From positions 124,001 through 188,000 of IMG/VR virus record IMGVR_UViG_3300045996_002337: a stretch of DNA of 64,000 nt; one strand, given 5' to 3'. A model generated the notes under the pieces. That model saw only the letters and a list, made by a program, of their open reading frames with translations, was not told where the DNA came from and made no database searches. Position numbers and translations under genes: made by a program. Of the stretch, positions 1-7,800 are shown one piece after another; the stretch's first letter is position 1; each line of letters opens with the position of its first letter.

Positions 1-391
1 CTGCCAGAGCTTCCGCGGACGTGAAGGTCTTCTTCGTCTTGCACGCGATCGAGCCGTCCGCCAGCAGAACCGGCGTGATCATCGAACCATCACGCTTGTC
101 CATCACACGAACGATCCGATTCCAAGGAATCAGGTCGGGCTGCGTGGATTCGTTTTCGCCAACGTTTTGGAACTTGTGAAGGGTTCGCGCTACCACTCGC
201 CCCGTCGAGGTGTCGAAGGTGATACCACGGCATTCTTTGTACCAATCTTCGTGCTCACCGCGGAAGGTGTCTTCGTCTTGGAGCATGTAGCAGATGACGG
301 TCGTGCCGTTGGGCTGCTCAGCCACTCGGAACTGCGAGTTGCCTTCGATGTATGGGAGTAGATCATTGATGTGATTGATAGTTGGAAACAT
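1..391 (-). CDS. rnlA: RNA ligase 1 (T4 Rnl1 family), runs off the left window edge
   Basis: Not in the ORF track; manual translation MFPTINHINDLLPY...ECRGITFD...HKFQNVGE...MDKRDGSMI contains ligase motif I (KxDGS); AAGGA RBS upstream. Confidence 0.85.
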   Translation of the reverse strand, partial: MFPTINHINDLLPYIEGNSQFRVAEQPNGTTVICYMLQDEDTFRGEHEDWYKECRGITFDTSTGRVVARTLHKFQNVGENESTQPDLIPWNRIVRVMDKRDGSMITPVLLADGSIACKTKKTFTSAEALA

Positions 392-400
392 TTTGATTCC

Positions 401-733
401 TTAGGCCACTTCGACTTGTGCTTCGACAAACGCGACATAGTCGGCGTACGGAATCGGCATGATGTCGTCTTGTTGGGTGATCACACACCAACCATTCTTG
501 TTGTAGTTTTGCTTCCTCGAGCACGGATAGAACATGTCGTCTTTCAGAACACCGATCGCTTGCCAGACCGACGGCGCGTCGAAGTCGAAACCGTAGAAGG
601 CCTTGAACTCACCGAAGATCACGAAACCCATTTCGTCGTATCGAACGACGTCTTTTGCCCGCCGCTGACCTTTCTTGCGGGTCGGAAAGCAAGCGGGGAA
701 GACATCACGACCGGCGGGTTTCTTGTCAGACAT
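401..733 (-). CDS. Hypothetical protein
   Basis: 110 aa ORF downstream of the promoter at 763-791. Confidence 0.6.
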   Translation of the reverse strand: MSDKKPAGRDVFPACFPTRKKGQRRAKDVVRYDEMGFVIFGEFKAFYGFDFDAPSVWQAIGVLKDDMFYPCSRKQNYNKNGWCVITQQDDIMPIPYADYVAFVEAQVEVA

Positions 734-762
734 TTCGAGTTCCGTTTTGATTCGATAGATGT

Positions 763-791
763 ATTCTAACTCGAACCTGTATTTCTGTACA
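763..791 (-). promoter_or_regulatory. Sigma70-like promoter TGTACA-N17-TAGAAT
   Basis: Same architecture recurs at several intergenic sites. Confidence 0.6.
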
Positions 792-808
792 TCAAATAAG
801 TGTAACGA

Positions 809-1063
809 TCAGGCTTGAGGTGTAGGCACGAGCCGGTGTGGGAATACGGAGCCTGTCGAGTTTACATCTTGCTCTTCGACCATCACACCATGACGATACA
901 CTTCAACGCGAGTGAAGTTCAACGTAACCTTGTCGCCAAGCTTTCCGTGAAGGATGTTCTTGGCCACCCCGAAGGCGATTTGGTTGTACTCTTCCTTGTC
1001 ACCACCGACGTGAATGAGATACTCGCGACCGAGCACGACATCTTGCATGAATGCGTCTCTCAT
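809..1063 (-). CDS. Hypothetical protein
   Basis: 84 aa ORF, start overlaps the upstream stop. Confidence 0.6.
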   Translation of the reverse strand: MRDAFMQDVVLGREYLIHVGGDKEEYNQIAFGVAKNILHGKLGDKVTLNFTRVEVYRHGVMVEEQDVNSTGSVFPHRLVPTPQA

Positions 1064-1473
1064 TACTTCACCAGCTCGTGAAGCGTGCCATCGGCCTTGC
1101 GACGACGAACTTCAGATTTCGAGATGCCATACTTCGCGGAGATTTCAGCCACCGTGCCAAGCTCGTGCGGCTGCTGATTCGCCTTCAGCTCTTCGAGAAC
1201 GACGGCTTTAGCAGCTTTTCGTTCTTGGTGATCTTCCTTGAAAGCGTAGTCCATCAAGATTTGGAGCTGATGCTTGAAGTTAGCCTTGATATTTTCGAGG
1301 CGCACAATGGCATCCGCTTCGTCTTTGGCATTCAGCTTGGCAGTTTCGAACAGGACTTCATCGTGCGAACCCATCGCAATACACGTGATGATCGTGAGTT
1401 GATCAGGACCAGGGGTAATTGCGCCAGAGATGATGCTCAGCCCACGCAGTGACAGTTCAGTGTTGATTTTCAT
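1063..1473 (-). CDS. Hypothetical protein with possible C-terminal HTH
   Basis: C-terminus GTVAEISAKYGISKSEVRRRK is HTH-like. Confidence 0.55.
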   Translation of the reverse strand: MKINTELSLRGLSIISGAITPGPDQLTIITCIAMGSHDEVLFETAKLNAKDEADAIVRLENIKANFKHQLQILMDYAFKEDHQERKAAKAVVLEELKANQQPHELGTVAEISAKYGISKSEVRRRKADGTLHELVK

Positions 1474-1475
1474 GA

Positions 1476-1817
1476 TCAGGCCTTTTTAACGTAGTGGGCA
1501 GTCATTGCGATCCGGACTTCAGGATTTGCCAATTGAGCGCAAACCGCTTTGAGGCCTTCAGCTGTTTCGTAGAAATAATCGACGATGAACACCCCCTCAA
1601 TCCCGAAGAGGCGGACAGTATCACCAACCCGATAGGAGCCAGTGTTACACGTGTATTCCAGCAGTTCAAGCTGATCCGGCAGAAAGAAATCCACCGTCGA
1701 ATCGGCGATCTGCTCTGCCTTAATCATGTTGAGAGCAAATCCCTTGATACAATATTCGGGAGAGCCACGTTTTCCAGCTTCGCGAACGATTTGGCCGACT
1801 TCGAAGGTGATGTTCAT
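1476..1817 (-). CDS. Hypothetical protein, predicted leaderless, with two VGQ/VGD-x-V beta repeats
   Basis: 113 aa; TATAAT-N6-ATG. Confidence 0.6.
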   Translation of the reverse strand: MNITFEVGQIVREAGKRGSPEYCIKGFALNMIKAEQIADSTVDFFLPDQLELLEYTCNTGSYRVGDTVRLFGIEGVFIVDYFYETAEGLKAVCAQLANPEVRIAMTAHYVKKA

Positions 1818-1823
1818 GAATGA

Positions 1824-1852
1824 ATTATATCCATAACATCACAGGTTGTACA
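1824..1852 (-). promoter_or_regulatory. Promoter TGTACA-N17-TATAAT
   Basis: Seen directly; -10 box ends 6 nt before the ATG. Confidence 0.7.
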
Positions 1853-1855
1853 CAA

Positions 1856-2173
1856 CTATTTTCCTGCTTTTATGCAGGCCAAAAGAAATGTTGCGCGATC
1901 GTCGGCGTTAGCGTCCTTGGTGATCTTAGTTGGGGGCGTCACCTCTTTCTCGCCAATTTGGCAGGTGATTACCCCGTCGAGCTTGCACACAACTGGGTCT
2001 TTTGATTTCTGTGGTGCAATGATCACAGTCTCTGGCGCACGAGGGTAATTAAGATTTGCCTTAATCTCGCATGTGGCCCGCAGTCGCGTTGTGTCGTCAA
2101 TGGTGGATTGGTTCATTGGCTGTGGAGACGAGCACCCCGCCAATGTGAGCAACAGAATCTGGTGAATACGCAT
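1856..2173 (-). CDS. Putative lipoprotein
   Basis: MRIHQILLLTLAGC lipobox; start reassigned to 2173. Confidence 0.6.
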   Translation of the reverse strand: MRIHQILLLTLAGCSSPQPMNQSTIDDTTRLRATCEIKANLNYPRAPETVIIAPQKSKDPVVCKLDGVITCQIGEKEVTPPTKITKDANADDRATFLLACIKAGK

Positions 2174-2177
2174 ATGC

Positions 2178-2330
2178 TTACCCCCAAAAATGTAGGGCAA
2201 GCGTCAACATCAAATTTACAGCAAAAAGCCCGGCAACTGCATGTTGAAGTCGCTTGATCTGTTTTGTCTGCTTTTCATCTACTTTGTTAAGATCTGTTTT
2301 TGTGACCGCGTTGTCACTTAGTATCTTCAT
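2178..2330 (-). CDS. Small membrane protein (50 aa)
   Basis: Manual translation MKILSDNAVTK...AVAGLFAVNLMLTLALHFWG; fills the intergenic gap. Confidence 0.55.
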   Translation of the reverse strand: MKILSDNAVTKTDLNKVDEKQTKQIKRLQHAVAGLFAVNLMLTLALHFWG

Positions 2331-2344
2331 GATGGTAGAAAATC

Positions 2345-3064
2345 CTATTCGTAGACCACCTCTCCCTTTTTCAAGGTTACTGGTGTCTGTTGGTTGATGT
2401 TGATGGGTGTAACTGCCTTACCCGGCTTTTTATATGAAGTGTTTTCGGATAGGCCAGATTCAAACCTCGCGTCTGAGTCTGCGGCAATCTCTGATATCTT
2501 GATCTTAATCGGTTCTGCTTTATTCTTCGATGGAGAAGGAAGTGGGGTACGCACCGGCGTAAATGTCTTCTTAGTGGTTTCCTTCATCAACTTTAAACTT
2601 TCGGCTTGAGGTGTCTTCGGCGCAGGAGGAGGGGCCGGCGTGTAAGTTGGAGTTGGAGGAACTACTGGCTTTTCTGGTGGCAGTGGCGTGGGCTCTTCAA
2701 CCTTCTTCAATGGCACCGCCCCACCCTCATCTTCCCATGTCTCAGTTTGTTGAGGGGTTTGGGTTGGAGTTGGAGGTGTGATTGTTTCTGCTGCAATAGA
2801 CGCACGCGATGCAATTGTCATTTTCTTCTTAAGTGGAGTGAAGAGCCGGCTGTTAACAAGGACCTCCACCCGCACGTCATAGTCATTAGCAGTGAATTCT
2901 TCAGGAATGAATACGTCACTTACCCAGCTGTCACCACTCTTCACAGCGTTAAAGCTGAGGTCGGCGTTGGGCGTTTCAATTACGAAACGCACAATGGGAG
3001 CGGACGAGGAGCCGTTCACATTCACCTTGAACGAAACTTGATTGTGCTTGCCAATTTCTATCAT
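2345..3064 (-). CDS. Proline-rich hypothetical protein, probably virion-associated
   Basis: N-terminal beta-sandwich-like region plus P/T-rich linker; in the structural block. Confidence 0.6.
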   Translation of the reverse strand: MIEIGKHNQVSFKVNVNGSSSAPIVRFVIETPNADLSFNAVKSGDSWVSDVFIPEEFTANDYDVRVEVLVNSRLFTPLKKKMTIASRASIAAETITPPTPTQTPQQTETWEDEGGAVPLKKVEEPTPLPPEKPVVPPTPTYTPAPPPAPKTPQAESLKLMKETTKKTFTPVRTPLPSPSKNKAEPIKIKISEIAADSDARFESGLSENTSYKKPGKAVTPININQQTPVTLKKGEVVYE

Positions 3065-3447
3065 GTTGTGATCTCCAGTTCAGAGATATTTACAGTCACC
3101 AAATCATCATCTGAACTAATTTCAAGATCTGTGACAACTACGAACTCAAAACGCGTGGACATTTCTTGCGTCTCGATTCCTTGAACACCATCCATCTCTA
3201 CGGTAACTGAGACGAACGGCTGCTCCCAGTTTAATGGTGGCTGCTCAAGTTCTGGTGGGCGGTATGTGGCCGGATAGAGCTCAGGTCTAGTAGGGATTGC
3301 CCATCCGCCACCAGCTGGAGGTCGTGTCTCAGTTGGCGGAATATCTGGGCGCGCCTCAAGAATAAGACGCGCAAGCACCTTGGCGCGCTGCGTACCACAG
3401 AACGAATCAATGGTCGTCGTGCCGATGGTGCAGTAATTGATCGCCAC
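3061..3447 (-). CDS. Hypothetical protein
   Basis: 128 aa, coupled to both neighbours. Confidence 0.6.
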   Translation of the reverse strand: MAINYCTIGTTTIDSFCGTQRAKVLARLILEARPDIPPTETRPPAGGGWAIPTRPELYPATYRPPELEQPPLNWEQPFVSVTVEMDGVQGIETQEMSTRFEFVVVTDLEISSDDDLVTVNISELEITT

Positions 3448-3987
3448 TTAGATAGCCTCGTCAGGGTGACTTACCGTCAGATCTTCAGCGAAGCTCTCTG
3501 CCCACCCATTGGTGAAGTCATAACTGAGAGGGTCTGGAGACGACAACATAGCTTGACGGTGCTCTTCAGCTTTAGCAAAGATGAGTTGGTCATGCAACGC
3601 AGTCGCTTGGAAAATTTGAGTGGCAAGTGCTGGTGTCATTGGAACAAAGGTACCCTGCATAGTTTTCCACATAATTCCGGCTGGCATGTTTGCGCCAAAC
3701 ATTACAAGTGCTAACTGCTGGATTCTAGATGTATCGTCGGAGTGAAACCAATTCTCTCCCACCTTTACACCGGCCGACTTACGACGGTCTCGCTCAGCCT
3801 GGATGTCTCTCCAGCAACGAGTGCGAAGCAGTGAATCCATTTCTTGATCAAGCACTTCTTTTGGAGGAATAGGTTCAGAAGAGATGGACACCAGTTCGTC
3901 GTACACCCGCCCCTCGCCCACGGCGGTCGCTTGAACCTCAGGGTGAAATTCAGAAAGCACCTCTACGTAGCTCGGTTTGATTGCCAT
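3448..3987 (-). CDS. DUF4376-like tail fibre-associated protein
   Basis: IQAERDRRKSAGVKVG..WFHSD..SRIQ...WKTM..TFV pattern. Confidence 0.65.
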   Translation of the reverse strand: MAIKPSYVEVLSEFHPEVQATAVGEGRVYDELVSISSEPIPPKEVLDQEMDSLLRTRCWRDIQAERDRRKSAGVKVGENWFHSDDTSRIQQLALVMFGANMPAGIMWKTMQGTFVPMTPALATQIFQATALHDQLIFAKAEEHRQAMLSSPDPLSYDFTNGWAESFAEDLTVSHPDEAI

Positions 3988-4859
3988 TAGATAATCTCCA
4001 AAATTCGGTACTCGGTCACCATCGCGCTTCCGTAGCTACCAGACGTTCCTTGGTTCACCCCCATTGTAACGGCAGCTGTTGAGGTGTTGAGGTGTCCAAG
4101 GCGCGCGCTGAAGGTGATGGCCGCAGTTGAAGGGGCCGTATAAACCGCCTGCATAGCTAGGTTTTGAACACCGACTGCGAAGGTGGCGGCAGTGACCGCC
4201 TGATGTTGAACCACCATGCCGATGCATGTAGTCCCTGCAAACGCAGTAGAAAACAACGATCTAGCGGTGGCTGTGGTGTAGGCGCTGATCGTGAATTGAA
4301 TTACCAAGCTCGACCCTGTGACCAGCGGGGTGAATGACTGAGTCCAAATTTGAAAACCTTCGGTCGCAGTTGGTACAGTTGTTGTTGCCTTACCGGCCAC
4401 AGAGCTCGTCGTTGCATTGATCGGACCAGCTACCGACTGAATAACGCGGGCATATGGGAGCCACGCGCCATTTGAAAAGACCTCAGGCTCCAGCAACGTT
4501 GAATTGTATCGATGCTCACCCACAGAAGGCGTTAACGATCGCTGCGCAGTCGTGCCAACTGGTGGGACAAATCCTTCAGAGCCGGGCATAATGAGGTTTG
4601 GTGCCAAGCCGACCTGATGTCCGTTGATAGTTGTTTCGTTAGCTGTTTGAATGGGCGCAGAAACCAATATCCATGTGGAACCGTTATCTTGCCAAATCGT
4701 GTGGTTCGTGCTGTCGATAAAGAGCCGATTAGTTACGCCTGCTGTGGGGCGATTTGCAAGTGGGCCAGACAGCACGCTACCCACCTGACCTGTTAGGAGG
4801 GGCTCTCCATTAACGTCAGGGGTTTCCAAAAAAGAAAGCTTACCAAGATGGGTTGCCAT
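3987..4859 (-). CDS. Tail fibre/collar-like structural protein
   Basis: PVGTTAQR...GEHRYN motif shared with fibre proteins; C-terminal beta domain. Confidence 0.6.
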   Translation of the reverse strand: MATHLGKLSFLETPDVNGEPLLTGQVGSVLSGPLANRPTAGVTNRLFIDSTNHTIWQDNGSTWILVSAPIQTANETTINGHQVGLAPNLIMPGSEGFVPPVGTTAQRSLTPSVGEHRYNSTLLEPEVFSNGAWLPYARVIQSVAGPINATTSSVAGKATTTVPTATEGFQIWTQSFTPLVTGSSLVIQFTISAYTTATARSLFSTAFAGTTCIGMVVQHQAVTAATFAVGVQNLAMQAVYTAPSTAAITFSARLGHLNTSTAAVTMGVNQGTSGSYGSAMVTEYRILEII

Positions 4860-4895
4860 TATGCCATTGCTCCATTAGAATATGTATAGGCCATG

Positions 4896-7800
4896 TTACG
4901 TCAACTCCACTGTAAGTTCTGCGAGCAGGAAGCTCGAAGCTAGGTTTGATCCCGTGGTGCCCGTGACTCTTCTTGTGACTTCAAACTGGTACAGATTGCC
5001 AGGTGTAAGGCCCATTGCCGTGAGCGTTGAAGTAAAGCTTGCCTGCAGGAAGTTAGCATTAGCGGGGACCGCGATTTCACCAATTTCTTTCGCCGCGGCC
5101 CAGCCCGCAGAACCTGCTGTCATGGCGCTGCCATTTGGAATTTGGCGCGCATAAAGTCTAAAGGCTGCAACAGAAAGTGCCCCCTGTGCGACTTGAGCTC
5201 TTCCATGAAACCTGAACGTAATCGCCCCGCTACCAGTTGGGATCGAGCTAAGAAGGCCGATACCCTGCTCTGTCGTGTTGCTGAACTGTCGAACTGTCAG
5301 TGAAGAGAATGTTGGATCGGAAATGACAGGAGCTGTTGCGTTGATGGCCCAGTCAGCAGTCTGCGGCGTCTCGAGATCGGTTGCAGAATAGCTTCGGCGT
5401 AGACCGACGTTCACCGTTGAAACACCTGAACCGGAGTCTGCTACAGAAATTGCTGCGCCAGTGAAGTTCAGCCGTGTTGCTGCCGTGGTGATTGTCACTC
5501 CGTCCTTTGAGGTAATAACTGAGGACGGAGTGGATCCACCAGCTACAACGCCTAGACCGTTTGCGATTACAACGATTCTCAACGTGCGGCTGTTTCCAAT
5601 AACGGCGACGCGGACAGTGTTTGCATTCGTTAGAACAATTGAATCTGCTGTCACGACCGAGTTATCTGCGGTGTCAAACAGCGTGATGACGACGTTAGTT
5701 GTGCCAAGGTTGTGAGCAAAGTCCTGGTAGTAGCGCGTTCCAGAAATCAGTGTCCAGGTGTTCAAGACCCCTGAAGCTGTTCCTGTTGCGACCGCGCTGT
5801 TGACCCAGTTTGTGCCATTGAATGATAGCAACTGATTTGCGGCCGGGGCTGTCAGTGCAACGTTTGAAAGTTCCCCGAACCCTAGCTTGCGGAAAGCAGG
5901 TGTACCGCCCGCGATTGGTGCAACAAACACCGCGCTTGCTGTTTGAGAAGCCAGGGTAGCCGTGATGGTGCCTGTCGTCGTTACTGGCGACGAAGCTACA
6001 GTGAAAATGCTTGGTAGTGAAAGACCAACGGAAGTAACTCCGGTGTTGCTGATCGTTGGGTTACCTGCCACTCCGGATCCGTTAGCAATTGAGATACCTG
6101 TTCCAGCTGTCAGCGTGCGCGTTGCGGAAGCCCCTGTCCCGGTGACCGCGTACATGCCGGTGGTTGTGGTGGTTGCTAAGGCAGTTAGATCGGAGTCCAG
6201 TGGCTGTGCGTCACTGATACCATATCCAGCTAGAGTTGTTGGGTTAGTTCCACTTGTTACGCGCCCATACTCATCTGTGGTGACCGAGCGATATGTCCCT
6301 GAAGTTCCTACCGCATTTAGTGAAACTGTCGGTGCACCCGCAACACCGTCACCATTGTTGACCGTGATTCCAGATCCACCCGTGATTGCCCGAGTGGTCC
6401 ATGTATCATTGGCGGTTCTAACCGTGATGCCTGTTGTTGTCAGTCCTTCAACTGCCGCCAGATCATTTGCAAGTCCAAGAGTGAGTGTTCCACTGGTCGT
6501 GATCGGAGAGCCAGCAACGGTAATGCCTGCAACTGGCGCCTCCATTGCAACCGATGTAACAGAGCCGGCAGGGAGAACAACAACGCCAGTCATGCCATTA
6601 ACTGATGTGACTGAGTCTGTTGGGGATAGAAGTTCCTGCCAGTTATTGATGTTCGCGGATGGTGACGTACGAAGAATGAACGATTTGTTTAGGTCGGTTC
6701 TAACGGCGACGTCGCCAACTTCAGCAACAAGTGAGATCATCGCCGCCTCACTAGCTACAACAAACGTGTCGCTGATCGCTAGAGCAGGAATCTGCGCCTG
6801 TGAAAGTTTTCCGGTGTTGTCAAGTGTGGCTACGCCGTTAACAGCTCCAAGTTGTGAAGTGGAGACCGCATCCGTAATTTCATAACCCGCCAAGGTTGTT
6901 GGGTTAGTTCCACCTGTTACACGGCCGTACTCATCTGTGGTAACTGAACGATATGTGCCAGCCCCTCCAATTGAGGTAAGGTCAAGAACCACGTTTCCTG
7001 CAATGCCTGCACCATTAGTCAGTGAGAGAGTTGTAGTGGTGATTGAGCGATTGGCCCAAGTATTGGCAGCGGTGCGAACCGCAAAACCAGTTCCGGCCAA
7101 ACCTTCAACTCCCGCTAGGTCGCCAGCAAGTGCGAATGTGATGTTACCACCCACGCCAGCAGGGTTGGTAATGGTGATGCCTGCGGCTGGAGCAACGAGG
7201 GTTCTGATCGCCCATGTGTCTGCGCCCGACCGAACAGGAATGCCCGTTGTTGAAAGCGCCTCGATCGCCGCCAGGTCATTGGCCAGTGCAAAAGTCGGTG
7301 ATCCAGCAATTCCATCTGGATTCGTAATCGTAACGCCAGCTGCCGGGGCAACGAGTGAACGTGTGACTGAAGTTCCCGCACCAGTCACCGCGTAAAAGCC
7401 GGTGCTTCCGATGCCTGACAGCGCGGTAAGATCAGCATTGAGCGGCTGCGCATCCGTGATGCCATAGCCAGTCAAGGTCGTCGGTGCATTGACAATAGCA
7501 GCGTGTGGAACTTCATTCGTGCCAGCAGTCACACGCCCAAATGCATCCGTGGTAACGCTTTGATATGTCCCAGGGGTGCCAATTGTGGTAAGCGCGATGC
7601 TGACGTTACCAGCTACACCATCACCATTTTCTACTGCCAGGTTAGCGTCCGATGTGATGCTACGTGCCACCCATGTGTTCGGCGCAGTTCGTACAGGAAA
7701 ACCCGTTTCAGCGAAGGCGGCAAGAGAGGTAAGTTCAGTGCTGGCCGGCTGAAGACCTTCAACTGCGTGGGTGTGATCCGCACGCGATAGGTTGTTAGAG

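Noticed and set aside
776-791. CTGT-N8-ACAT near-LexA box
   Set aside because: One mismatch, and the spacing is not repeated at the other promoters sharing the TGTAC/CAGGTT motifs
1856-2330. Spanin pair (membrane protein plus lipoprotein)
   Set aside because: The TM helix is C-terminal and there is no periplasmic coiled coil; topology does not fit an i-spanin
5950-7620. Direct repeats as a possible CRISPR array or DGR template
   Set aside because: In-frame degenerate protein repeats of a fibre gene; no constant repeat-spacer pattern and no reverse transcriptase in the window
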